Origin: a virus
DNA length: 64,000 bases
Direction: 5' to 3' (one strand)
IMG/VR virus record: IMGVR_UViG_3300018080_000148
Span: 1 to 64,000 of that record
In this document: positions 55,156 through 64,000 of the stretch, in pieces
Layout of the letters: each line of letters starts with the position of its first letter
How positions within the stretch are numbered: the first letter of the stretch is position 1
Notes under the pieces: model-generated
The model's database searches: none
The model's input: only the letters and a program-made list of their open reading frames with translations
Told to the model about the DNA's origin: nothing
Program-made: the position numbers and the translations under genes

Positions 55156-56124
55156 ATGAATATTCTAGCATCTACTACACGACAATGGAACTGCGGAGAC
55201 GAATTCATTTTCTTTGGTGTTCGGAATCTCCTGGAAGAGTTTTACAAAGATAGCATCAATTGGGTTATCTATGATCGCAACCCCGACCTACACGACAAAG
55301 GCAGAATTTTGAGTGATAGTTGGAGGGGTCGTGGGCTAGATTACATTGATGAGATAGTTATTGCCGGATCTCCTCAGTGGTTCGGCAAATCGATGCGGGA
55401 TCTTTTCGAGAAGGTTTTGAGTGATAAAAGAAGTCCTATTTTTCTAGGCATTGGTTTGGGCAGCAAGAATGATTCATTTGCGGGCAACGCACGTGACCTT
55501 GCCGTCCTTCGTCAGGCTGCTCTTATTACCACTCGTGATCCCCGTGCAAAAAAAGCTGTTGAACAACAAGCTGGAGTGTCAGCCATTTCGAGAGTATGTC
55601 CAGCTTTTTTCGCTTCCAAGTCTGCCAACATACGCAGAAGGAGTAGGGTAGGGTTCTGCTTACAAACAAATGCGGGCAGGGGTGGGCATGGAATCACCAA
55701 GGAGTTGATGGACGGCGCTATTGAGTTGTACAAAGACATTGGCGGAACGATCATCTGTCACTATATGGATGAATTTGAGTATGCCGCCAGAAACTTCAGT
55801 GATGTGGTTTATTCAAGCGATGCGGTGGATTATTTGGATATTTACAACCAGTTCGATGTGGTAATTAGTACGAGATTGCATGGTGCCATTTTGGCCCATT
55901 CACTGGGGATTCCGAGTTTTGTTTTAACCAGCGGGGATGGCAAACACACTCAAAGGTGTTCGGGTGCTGCGAACATGTTTCCCCATCTGGTTGCCACTGC
56001 GCCAAATAATGTGCCTGCCCTTCTCAAGGAATTGGACATAGAGGGGGTATCAAAGAGCATCGTTCTCTTCAAAGACCGAGAGAGGGTTAATTATCTTGAA
56101 TTGTTGCAGGAGAAATTGAACTAG
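55156..56124 (+). CDS. Polysaccharide pyruvyl transferase family protein
   Basis: NCGDEFI, GIGLG, ITTRD, CPAFF and STRLHGAILAHSLGIP motifs. Confidence 0.88.
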   Translation: MNILASTTRQWNCGDEFIFFGVRNLLEEFYKDSINWVIYDRNPDLHDKGRILSDSWRGRGLDYIDEIVIAGSPQWFGKSMRDLFEKVLSDKRSPIFLGIGLGSKNDSFAGNARDLAVLRQAALITTRDPRAKKAVEQQAGVSAISRVCPAFFASKSANIRRRSRVGFCLQTNAGRGGHGITKELMDGAIELYKDIGGTIICHYMDEFEYAARNFSDVVYSSDAVDYLDIYNQFDVVISTRLHGAILAHSLGIPSFVLTSGDGKHTQRCSGAANMFPHLVATAPNNVPALLKELDIEGVSKSIVLFKDRERVNYLELLQEKLN

Positions 56125-56462
56125 TTTTTTTCTTTCTCTTTCATGGCCTCGTAGAGGATTTCTTCGATAGGGCGTTTAACTGTGTCGATCCATTTGGAGA
56201 GCACAGAAATGTTTGTGCCCATATCATGAATTGGTTCAGGCAAAACAATGGAAACACGATCTCCGACTTGTCCTAGCATGTCTACTGTTACCCAACCTCT
56301 TTTCCCTGGATCTCCCTCAATAGCTTCAACGCACCACCTTGTCATTTTAGCGATTTTTGATGTGTCTTCATCGAGGTGGATTCTTATCGTCCACATTTTG
56401 GTTGTGGCATTGTAGTCCATGATGTCAACCACCAGGAGCCCTTTGGGGTTTAGCTTGTCCAT
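56121..56462 (-). CDS. Hypothetical protein
   Basis: AAGGA RBS before MDKLNP, directly downstream of tRNA-Ser. Confidence 0.65.
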   Translation of the reverse strand: MDKLNPKGLLVVDIMDYNATTKMWTIRIHLDEDTSKIAKMTRWCVEAIEGDPGKRGWVTVDMLGQVGDRVSIVLPEPIHDMGTNISVLSKWIDTVKRPIEEILYEAMKEKEKN

Positions 56463-56479
56463 AATTTTCCTTTCTATAG

Positions 56480-56559
56480 CGGAAGCGACAGGACTCGAAC
56501 CTGCAACCCTTTCGGGCAACCGGCTTCCAACCGGCTTCCTCACCATTCGGATCGCTTCC
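56480..56559 (-). tRNA. tRNA-Ser(GGA), CCA not encoded
   Basis: GGAAGCG acceptor stem, GCCGG-UUGGAAG-CCGGU anticodon arm, CCC-GAAA-GGG variable arm, GGUUCGAGUCC T-arm, G discriminator. Confidence 0.9.
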
Positions 56560-56582
56560 GGCGTATATATCTAGGAGAGAAA

Positions 56583-57224
56583 ATGCAACAAAAATTCAAG
56601 TGGATAGCTGTACTCAATCAGTGTATTATAATAGTTCTGTTCATGAGGATGCAAACACCGGACCATCCGCCCGAGCATTACCTGGAATGGGATCACTACA
56701 TTGCGCAACCTGATGGCATTACTTGTGGCCCCACCAGTTGTGCCATGGTTATTAACTGGTATGGGAAGGAAGCGACAGTAAAAAGTTGCAAGGAGCAAGC
56801 CAGAACTAAATGGTTTGAGTATCAAGGGCAAGAAGTGGGTATGTCTTTACCGGACTACCTTACCTTCTGCTTACGGTCGCACGGGGTTCCCGCCAAGTTG
56901 GAATCAGGAAATGCCCACAAACTCAAATACTACGTTAGTGAGGGAAGGCCACCCATTGTTCTTCTGCGGAGTGGTGATCGCTATTGGCATTACGTGGTGG
57001 TGACCGGCTATGGCGACGGTAAGATAGTCACTGCGGACCCAGGCGGTGGTCGGCGAGAGGAGTTGGATGAAGAGGTATTTTTGGGGTCATGGGATTTCTC
57101 TTGCGACATGCGGGGCGATGTGGTGGAGGGGTTCGATCTATTTCGTTACATCGTGGAGCGTATCGCAGGAGTGGGCGGACACACAATGATTGTGCCCAGA
57201 CATCAAAGAAAGGATTTGCCGTAG
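56583..57224 (+). CDS. C39-like cysteine peptidase
   Basis: Q....CGPTSCAMV, HYVVVTGY and ADP motifs. Confidence 0.85.
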   Translation: MQQKFKWIAVLNQCIIIVLFMRMQTPDHPPEHYLEWDHYIAQPDGITCGPTSCAMVINWYGKEATVKSCKEQARTKWFEYQGQEVGMSLPDYLTFCLRSHGVPAKLESGNAHKLKYYVSEGRPPIVLLRSGDRYWHYVVVTGYGDGKIVTADPGGGRREELDEEVFLGSWDFSCDMRGDVVEGFDLFRYIVERIAGVGGHTMIVPRHQRKDLP

Positions 57225-57934
57225 AACAAATTACATGTTTTTACAAACTCTCTCTTGTGACGACTGTTTGGAATGTCATCTAGCGTGAGATCTCTGGCTC
57301 TTCTTTCTTTCCCCTCCATTCCAGAGTTCGTTTTTTTATTCTCGTGGTAATTTCTTGGGAGGCGGTTCACGCCAATGAACTTTAACAACTCTTGTGTCGG
57401 CCCGCTTTCTATTTGGTGTCTGAAGTACGGGCGGTATCTTTTTTCTTCCATGATTAACCTGTGCCATTCCGTATAAAAGTAACACACCCTCGTGATTTGA
57501 TCTGGCACGTGAAGCACTCTTGGCAAAGCCACTAGGATTTGATCGATCCATTTGTGTTGCCACCGAGGCGTGTTGTCTGCCAAGAAATTGTAGTCCAAAA
57601 TCAATGAGCTTATTACCTTCATTGGATGTCTTACGATGTGGAGCAAGGGGATGTCTTCCAGAATCGGCCATCTTAGAAATGGAACTGCCAGATAAGAACA
57701 CTCAGCAACTATTTTGTTTACATCAACCCACTTTGCATTTTCGCCCTCTTCCCTTTTGGAAACAAAACTCAGAATAGGCTTTTCTTTGCCCTTGAACACT
57801 TTTTTTACATGTTCTGCTCCTGCGCTTTTGAAAACACTTTCATGGCCGCATGGCATCCCCAAAGACGTGAGCAGTTTTGCAGTGTAGACGGTGCCGCTTC
57901 TCGGCGTACTGGTCGCAATCAATCTTAGCTTCAT
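57203..57934 (-). CDS. Sulfotransferase-like protein
   Basis: TSTPRSGT, CGHE and IVRHPMKVISS motifs. Confidence 0.75.
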   Translation of the reverse strand: MKLRLIATSTPRSGTVYTAKLLTSLGMPCGHESVFKSAGAEHVKKVFKGKEKPILSFVSKREEGENAKWVDVNKIVAECSYLAVPFLRWPILEDIPLLHIVRHPMKVISSLILDYNFLADNTPRWQHKWIDQILVALPRVLHVPDQITRVCYFYTEWHRLIMEEKRYRPYFRHQIESGPTQELLKFIGVNRLPRNYHENKKTNSGMEGKERRARDLTLDDIPNSRHKREFVKTCNLFYGKSFL

Positions 57935-58551
57935 TGAGCCTTTCTGTGTGTTATTCGGTCTTCTGTCTGACCATCAAATATTATGGGCCACAGCCTTTCT
58001 AGAAAGTGCGCTTCTTTGACATTCCTTTGATAGTTAGTCGTTTTTATGACCTCCTCGTAGAATTTTTTCGACCTAAACAGAATGGCCTCTCGGGGAACCA
58101 TGAATTGGGCTCCGCAATTGAATTTGAATTTTTGTATTGGTGGCAAAAACCATTGGTCGGCGTATTCTCCCAAGTTTATCCTGCCCCATGGCCCCCATTT
58201 CCTTTCAATTTCCAATACCCTTGGGTTGGTGGCTGTTATCTTCGGATAGAATGGTTGATACGCATTAACAAACTGCAATTTTGCTATCTTTTGGGCGATA
58301 TTGTGTTTCTTAACTGTTCTCGTATGGTCGAAGGGCCCTCCTTGTAAAAACAAAGTGAAATCTGTCAAATCGGAATAGTTTTCCAGTATGTGTCGGAGAT
58401 ATGTTTCTGCCTCCAGGCCCAGGTTGGGTATGTCTTTGTCTTTGTCATATACGATGCATCTGTACGGTAGAGATTTGGTCCACCTCACATCTTCCCGGTA
58501 TTTGGCAACAACGATGGTTACTTGGTGTCGGGGCAACTTGAGCTTCAACAT
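57931..58551 (-). CDS. DUF3431 family protein
   Basis: VVAKYRED..W, PNLGLEAETYL.HI, FLQG.PFDH, GAQF.V and HFLERLW motifs. Confidence 0.8.
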   Translation of the reverse strand: MLKLKLPRHQVTIVVAKYREDVRWTKSLPYRCIVYDKDKDIPNLGLEAETYLRHILENYSDLTDFTLFLQGGPFDHTRTVKKHNIAQKIAKLQFVNAYQPFYPKITATNPRVLEIERKWGPWGRINLGEYADQWFLPPIQKFKFNCGAQFMVPREAILFRSKKFYEEVIKTTNYQRNVKEAHFLERLWPIIFDGQTEDRITHRKAQ

Positions 58552-58607
58552 GCAATAAAGGAGCGAGATTTCCAGCTAATTTCCAATACAATAGAGTAGG
58601 AGATTAT

Positions 58608-59243
58608 ATGAAGATTGTTGCATTTGTCCCCATTCGATTGAATAGCACAAGACTGAAGAATAAGAGCATTTTGCCGTTGGGTAACAAGCCTTTATGCTGG
58701 CACATTCTGAATACTCTAACGAAGGTCTTCAACGAGGTGTATGTTTACGCCAGTACGGAGCAAGTTATGGACTTCTCTCCAGAAGGCACGATTTTCCTCA
58801 AGAGACCCGCCGTTCTTGATCGAGATGAGACCTTAGGCATGGAAATCTACTCTTCTTTCGTTGGAGAAATAGACAGTGATTATTATTGCTTGGCGCATGT
58901 TACTTCGCCCTTCCTAACTGAGAAAACCTTGCAGTCGGGGGTTGATGCGTTGTTGTGTGGGCATGATAGTGCTTTTACAGCACGCCGGGAACAGACGTTT
59001 GCTTGGTTTCGCAACAAGCCGATCAATTACGCCACCAATTTCATTCCCCGCACACAAGACATGGAACCGGTTTACATAGAGACCTCCGGCTATTACATGT
59101 TTGATAATCAAACGATAAAAGCAGGCCGAAGAATAGGTGGCAATCCAGCCATTATTGAAGTGGGCGCAGTAGAGGGATTGGATATAGATGAAGAAGGTGA
59201 TTATGAGGTGGCAAAACTCTTTGCGAGAGGGTTGATTTCGTGA
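58608..59243 (+). CDS. Acylneuraminate cytidylyltransferase (NeuA-like CMP-nonulosonate synthetase)
   Basis: VPIRLNSTRLKNK, HVTSPF, PRTQD and DIDEEGD motifs. Confidence 0.88.
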   Translation: MKIVAFVPIRLNSTRLKNKSILPLGNKPLCWHILNTLTKVFNEVYVYASTEQVMDFSPEGTIFLKRPAVLDRDETLGMEIYSSFVGEIDSDYYCLAHVTSPFLTEKTLQSGVDALLCGHDSAFTARREQTFAWFRNKPINYATNFIPRTQDMEPVYIETSGYYMFDNQTIKAGRRIGGNPAIIEVGAVEGLDIDEEGDYEVAKLFARGLIS

Positions 59244-59248
59244 TTCTT

Positions 59249-59986
59249 CTAACAGAATGTTTTACGACAGAATTGGTGGAAAGGCACACGCTCGAATATC
59301 TCTAAAGCACCACCTTCTGTGGAATTGTAGATTTTCCTTCCACTTTTCTCAAATACTTTCTTGCATATCCTGTACATTACGAACACGGGCTCCCAGTTTT
59401 GTCTCCAATAGAAGTCTACTTTGCTTCCGTCAAAATGGTGAACTTTGTCTCCTCGGTAGTGGCAATCGCAGCCCAATAAATACACTTCATTAAATCCCAT
59501 GTGGTAAGCCATTTGGAGGGCCAAAGCAACAACCGTGTAACCCTGGTAAATCCCATATCTCATGTCTCCCCACTTATTCCAGTCTGGCATCAATCGGAAT
59601 CTTTGGTCATGTTCCGTAAAACGACCTCCCGAATTAGGGCGAGGAGGTATGTAAACCAGGGACTCATCTTTGAGTTGTCGGCGAATGTAACTCACAAATA
59701 ATTCTGTGCTTGTTTCTTTGCATGCTTTTTTGATGCTTCGGTTGTACTTGTTCCAATAAGAAGGGTCGATGACACACAAATATTGCGCCCTCTTCATAGC
59801 GGGGTGTTTGTAAAAGGAGTTAACGCCAATAATCACTTCATCGGGAGGAAGAAGCTGCACTGGGGTGCGATTGAGGGAGGGGCCGGTAGCGCAGATGAAA
59901 CATCGTTGGCCTTTGTGAATATCTAGATATTTGCTTAATCTAGGAGCAATCATGGGCGGTATTGGTTTCTTTTGCGCATACAGCAT
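59249..59986 (-). CDS. DUF115/Maf-like (sialyltransferase-fold) protein
   Basis: CFICATGPSL, IGVN, ALQMAYHMGFNEVYLLGCD and IYNST.GG motifs. Confidence 0.82.
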   Translation of the reverse strand: MLYAQKKPIPPMIAPRLSKYLDIHKGQRCFICATGPSLNRTPVQLLPPDEVIIGVNSFYKHPAMKRAQYLCVIDPSYWNKYNRSIKKACKETSTELFVSYIRRQLKDESLVYIPPRPNSGGRFTEHDQRFRLMPDWNKWGDMRYGIYQGYTVVALALQMAYHMGFNEVYLLGCDCHYRGDKVHHFDGSKVDFYWRQNWEPVFVMYRICKKVFEKSGRKIYNSTEGGALEIFERVPFHQFCRKTFC

Positions 59987-59990
59987 GTTG

Positions 59991-60623
59991 TTATATTGGT
60001 ATCCTGTGGGTAATGCGGTCTTTTGTTTTTTGGTCGAACATTATTCGCCAGGATCGTTCCAAAAAATGACCCTCTACAGGGTTGATGTCGTAGTTTACGG
60101 TTTTGATTATTTCCTTGTAGAATCGCAAAGAGCGAAAAAGGATGGCATCACGAGGCACGATGAAACACCCCCCGTTGGCGAATGTGAAGCTTTTAACTCG
60201 TTGTACCACAAACCACCGCTCTATGAATTCGCCCACATTTACCCAACCCCACGGCCCGTAGCGAGGCTTCATGTGGAACACTCTTTGTTCACGACAACTT
60301 GGCCTCTTGAAGAACGGTTCGAATTTGTTCGATAATTTATGCGACATTATCCTCTGAATAATGTTTGTCCTATTTATTCTCCTGCGAGCATCAACGTGCG
60401 GGAAGGGATCACCTTGGAGACAGATTAACCAGCGAGGCAGGTTTTCGTAATTGTTGATGATGTGTCGCAGGTAAGTCTCTGACTCACGCCCCACATTTTT
60501 TACATCCTTACTTTTGTCATATATGATGTAGGGCACCTGTTTTTGGACCACCCAAGATGAATCTTCTTTGTATTTGGCCACAACAATTAAAACGTCGTTG
60601 GCTCTTATCTTGGCGTGTAACAT
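59991..60623 (-). CDS. DUF3431 family protein (paralogue of 57931-58551)
   Basis: VVAKYKED, NVGRESETYL.HI, LQGDPF.H and HFLERSW motifs. Confidence 0.8.
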   Translation of the reverse strand: MLHAKIRANDVLIVVAKYKEDSSWVVQKQVPYIIYDKSKDVKNVGRESETYLRHIINNYENLPRWLICLQGDPFPHVDARRRINRTNIIQRIMSHKLSNKFEPFFKRPSCREQRVFHMKPRYGPWGWVNVGEFIERWFVVQRVKSFTFANGGCFIVPRDAILFRSLRFYKEIIKTVNYDINPVEGHFLERSWRIMFDQKTKDRITHRIPI

Positions 60624-60654
60624 AAAGCAATCTCCTGCTTTATGTAGTTCGCTG

Positions 60655-61272
60655 CTATTCGAAAGCTTTGATTAGTAAAGGTGCCAGATGCCGGTGGCTA
60701 GAATAGACCCTCCATATTATCAGATCGAGGTCGGCTGCACTTCTGCCACTCTTTTTGACAAGTTCGAGGTACTGTCTTTCGATTTCTTCGTACCGCTTTC
60801 TGGAGGTGGGGGTCGCTTTGGGCACGTCGTAGTCCAACGCCCTCATAAATTTGAGAACGTGTGTGTCCAAACCCGCCATTTCCAGGCCGGGCCGACTGTG
60901 CATCAGAAAGCAACTGGCTGTTTTGTACTTGATTCCTGGAAGTGCCACGAGATCCCATAGCGTGCAGGTTTTCAGATCAAGGCCGCTATTGGCGACGGCC
61001 TTGACGTACCGTGCTTTCTGGTTGTACGGCGACAGGGCGTACTCCTTGAACTTGAGAGCCAGAAACCATTCCGGTAACTGTTGGATTATTCCGAATGGTC
61101 TTCGCTTTCTAGGCGAGTAGCCAAGTTTTGAATGCGTCTCCTTCATGAAAGCTTCCAGCCGAGGTGCAATTGTCTTGGCCGTCTTGCCTGCCACACAGAT
61201 CCAGAAAATGAGAAGCTCTTCAAGTTGATACCTGTTCAGCTTGAAGTTGGTAATCGTATCGGGGTTTACCAT
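60655..61272 (-). CDS. HhH-GPD DNA glycosylase (8-oxoguanine glycosylase OGG2-like)
   Basis: LPGIKYKTASCFL, LDTHVLKFM, YEEIE and LDLIIW motifs. Confidence 0.78.
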   Translation of the reverse strand: MVNPDTITNFKLNRYQLEELLIFWICVAGKTAKTIAPRLEAFMKETHSKLGYSPRKRRPFGIIQQLPEWFLALKFKEYALSPYNQKARYVKAVANSGLDLKTCTLWDLVALPGIKYKTASCFLMHSRPGLEMAGLDTHVLKFMRALDYDVPKATPTSRKRYEEIERQYLELVKKSGRSAADLDLIIWRVYSSHRHLAPLLIKAFE

Positions 61273-61281
61273 GATTTACTT

Positions 61282-61929
61282 TCATAAGTGCTTGCATGAT
61301 TTACGGTTACATATAAACCGGAATTCTTCGCAGAATCCTTTTACAAGAAATACCATACCTTCATAAAAATGCATTGACAGCAGTTGGCGGTCGAATGTCT
61401 CGTTGGCCTCCTCGTGCATTTTGAAATTTACAGAATCAATCAATTGCTTGAGGAACTCCACCGTGGTGCCTTGCCTACGAAGACCTCCTTCGTATCTCGG
61501 CCAATAGGACGTGTGTAAATCTTCTATGACATATGTTCCACCTATTGTCACATAGGGGAACAGTGTTGTGCAAGACGTAATTTGCTGATGCATTACATGT
61601 CCGCCGTCATCAATGATGATGTCAAACGGCCCATGCTCTTGGGCTACTTCCAGCAAAAAAGATTCATTGGCTTGGTCGCCCGTGTGAATTTTTATTTTGT
61701 CACCGTTGAATTGCTGACAAGCGGGGTTGATGTCTATGCCGATGATTTCTGCGTTGGGGAAATAATCCCTCCACATCAGAAGGGAACCGCCATGTTGAAC
61801 CCCAATTTCCATGACTTTGCCTACCCGCTCCCTGATGTCGGTGAAATGGCGATCATAGATCTCGAAGTAGTGTAACCATTTGTCTGATTGTAGGTTGCAA
61901 CTTCTAAATATTTGTTTAAGAGTTTTCAA
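61282..61929 (-). CDS. Class I SAM-dependent (sugar O-)methyltransferase
   Basis: KWLHYFEIYD, EIGVQHGGS, GDQ, FDIIIDDGGH and YVIEDLHTSYW motifs. Confidence 0.88.
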   Translation of the reverse strand: MKTLKQIFRSCNLQSDKWLHYFEIYDRHFTDIRERVGKVMEIGVQHGGSLLMWRDYFPNAEIIGIDINPACQQFNGDKIKIHTGDQANESFLLEVAQEHGPFDIIIDDGGHVMHQQITSCTTLFPYVTIGGTYVIEDLHTSYWPRYEGGLRRQGTTVEFLKQLIDSVNFKMHEEANETFDRQLLSMHFYEGMVFLVKGFCEEFRFICNRKSCKHL

Positions 61930-61990
61930 CGAGCCCCCAACCTGTGAAGTCCGTGGTTATTATGAGTATATATGGTAACAGGAGGTGACT

Positions 61991-62158
61991 ATGACTGTTC
62001 TGATTAAAGTGGTTTTGGCGTTCATTTTGCCGCCACTCGCCGCCCTCATGCAAGTGGGATTGGGGCTCCACTTCTGGCTCAACATCATCCTGACCCTATT
62101 TGGATGGCTGCCAGGACTAATTCATGCTCTCTGGCTCGTGTTGAGCGAGCAGAAGTAA
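61991..62158 (+). CDS. YqaE/Pmp3 family small membrane protein (55 aa, not in the ORF track)
   Basis: AGGAGG RBS; ILPPLA...LNIILTLFGWLPGLIHALW signature. Confidence 0.9.
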   Translation: MTVLIKVVLAFILPPLAALMQVGLGLHFWLNIILTLFGWLPGLIHALWLVLSEQK

Positions 62159-62190
62159 AAAAAAGGCCCGCCGTAAGGCGGGCCTTTTTT
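62157..62190. terminator. Bidirectional terminator
   Basis: A-run GGCCCGCC-GTAA-GGCGGGCC T-run. Confidence 0.85.
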
Positions 62191-63041
62191 CATTTCAGAT
62201 CAGCCTCCGTTTGCCATTCCCCTTTCTCGTTTTTCCATATGCGAGCAGAAACCTCCTCACCTTTCAGCTTCTTGATTTGATCGCTGGGGATAAGGTTTTC
62301 ATTCTTCAGCATACGTAGGATTGTGGGGATGACAACAGCGTCATCTTTGTGTCTCGCCGCCGCTTCTCGGATCGTCTTCTCCATCTCGACTTGCGATTGA
62401 CAATTGATATTGTAGGCAATCTTCCAAGCGATGCTGTTGACGATACGAGGGAACAAGCGTGTCACAGACACATGTGCGTGGAACATGAATCTAGTTTCCA
62501 CGAGTGTTCGGTTTCCATGCTTTCTAAACACCACCTCACCGTCACATCCCATGATACGGGCTTGTTGATAGGAGATTTGGTTTAACAGTACCAAGTGGAG
62601 TTTAGTGGATTCAGAACCCACCTCCATGTCGTGTCGGACATTAAAGGTGAGTCTGCCGATCTGCCTGTCGTCGATTCTGATTTTCGAAACTCCGATAGCA
62701 CGGCCTTCCAACGCCATTGTGCTCAGGTTACACTTTACTTTCACTTCTTCCCAATTCTGCTCTAGGATTTCCACCTTTCTGATCTTAACTCCACGCTGTC
62801 CAACTGGAACGTTTTCTAGCTGGATGTTCCCTCTTTCATTCATTGAAATGCTGTCTTCCAGATCTTCTAGTTGAGATTGCAAGACCGAACCCATCACTTC
62901 GCCGTATGGCTGGTTGATGATGAACTGGCGTTTCAGATTAGGCTTCACGCACTGTGTTCGACGACACCCTGCATCGGCCTGCACTACTAGACAAGTAGCT
63001 ACCAATAGCGCAAAGATTGCGCCTACAGAGAGTGCTTTCAT
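62190..63041 (-). CDS. Secreted hypothetical protein
   Basis: AGGAGG RBS; signal peptide ending ADA. Confidence 0.7.
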   Translation of the reverse strand: MKALSVGAIFALLVATCLVVQADAGCRRTQCVKPNLKRQFIINQPYGEVMGSVLQSQLEDLEDSISMNERGNIQLENVPVGQRGVKIRKVEILEQNWEEVKVKCNLSTMALEGRAIGVSKIRIDDRQIGRLTFNVRHDMEVGSESTKLHLVLLNQISYQQARIMGCDGEVVFRKHGNRTLVETRFMFHAHVSVTRLFPRIVNSIAWKIAYNINCQSQVEMEKTIREAAARHKDDAVVIPTILRMLKNENLIPSDQIKKLKGEEVSARIWKNEKGEWQTEADLK

Positions 63042-63124
63042 CTCTCCTCCTATGGGTTATAGTTCGTCTCCAGAACTATTTATGGAGGAGCAGGTCAACA
63101 ATTCCTATCGAAGTGCATATTAAC

Positions 63125-63784
63125 TCAGGCAGCTTCCTTTCCTATTGGGATAAACCACCTGCGATCCTTGTAAATTTTTATCACTTCTCTGAGGCTATGT
63201 TCTTGTTCCCACATGCTTTCCGTGGCGGCTTTATCTAATTCGCTTTCAACAATCTTCTTCAAGTTGCGGGTGTGAACAATTTTGTAGTGGATCGTCATCA
63301 CCAGCCGTTGCTTCACCTTAGTTCGACTACCACATCTTTCGAGATGGGTAAATGTATCATAGGCTACTAATGTCCCCACCGGTTCTGTGAGCGATATAGT
63401 AGAATCCATCTTGTCCTTGGTAAAAATTACATGCTGACGCAGAGTTAGGATCTGTCCTTCTAGGTAGCCGTTTTGGTGTCTCACTGTGAACCATCCATCG
63501 GCTTCTACCATCCAGTTGGGATCGAGGATGCGATTGAAGCCGACAACGATGTCCTCTTGCTTAGATTCAATCAATGTACCGTGCCCTAGCTCGACCATCT
63601 TCTTCATGGTCGGCGCTCGAACGAGAACCCGTCGCACGGTGTCGAAGTCCTCGTTGATGTAGAATGTGCTTTCCTTGACTGACGTTGCCTCATATGGTGT
63701 GTAGATGTAAAACGAGAAAATGATCGTGAGAATTATGAGCACGGCGAGGCTAATGGCGACCCCCGGCAGAATGTATTTCATCAT
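63125..63784 (-). CDS. Membrane-anchored hypothetical protein
   Basis: AGGAGG RBS; N-terminal TM segment. Confidence 0.7.
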   Translation of the reverse strand: MMKYILPGVAISLAVLIILTIIFSFYIYTPYEATSVKESTFYINEDFDTVRRVLVRAPTMKKMVELGHGTLIESKQEDIVVGFNRILDPNWMVEADGWFTVRHQNGYLEGQILTLRQHVIFTKDKMDSTISLTEPVGTLVAYDTFTHLERCGSRTKVKQRLVMTIHYKIVHTRNLKKIVESELDKAATESMWEQEHSLREVIKIYKDRRWFIPIGKEAA

Positions 63785-64000
63785 GTCTCCTCCTTCTATC
63801 GTTATTAGCTCTACATATATTTAGAGCGCAATTAGGGAGGAACTATGGGGTTTTTCGATCAAAGACCAATGCTCAGGGGGAAAATTGCAGCCCATCACAA
63901 TAGGCTGGAATGTCGCTATCGAGCGATGCTTTTGTGGAATAGGATTTGGATCAAAAGACAGCGAATCCTAGACATCGCATCTTATAATGGCCGGTGGAGC

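Noticed and set aside
1-64000. Alternative genetic code (stop-codon recoding)
   Set aside because: Conserved genes are full length in the standard code, and TAA, TAG and TGA all terminate well-supported genes.

Overview
This 64 kb window looks like part of a large, T4-like ('huge'/jumbo) dsDNA phage genome, read in the standard genetic code and mostly on the minus strand. It carries a replication/recombination module: gp32-like SSB, UvsX/RecA, UvsY, gp41/DnaB helicase, UvsW, a Ski2/Hel308-like helicase, a very short family-A DNA polymerase and a sigma-like protein. Nucleotide-metabolism genes include thyA, a dNMP kinase-cupin fusion, AMP nucleosidase and NADAR. Two glycan-modification clusters encode glycosyl-, sulfo-, methyl- and pyruvyl-transferases, glf and a NeuA-like enzyme, with GmhB nearby. 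Also present are a reduced gp23/gp24-like capsid paralogue, TatA, a Pmp3 peptide and two CCA-less tRNAs (Leu-UAA, Ser-GGA). The strongest unannotated signal is a ~190-nt miniaturised RNase P RNA at 52479-52670 (-), with conserved catalytic-core motifs and its own -10 box. There are also three further structured non-coding candidates (9.2-9.4 kb, 37.3-37.7 kb, 54.6-54.7 kb), a thumb-less PolA and a 32-bp direct repeat bracketing the replisome genes. About ten proteins share a T4 capsid-targeting-like N-terminus, and a leaderless NTANATA late-promoter motif precedes several of them and other genes. A Planctomycetota host is suspected but is inference only. All calls are by eye; no database searches were run.
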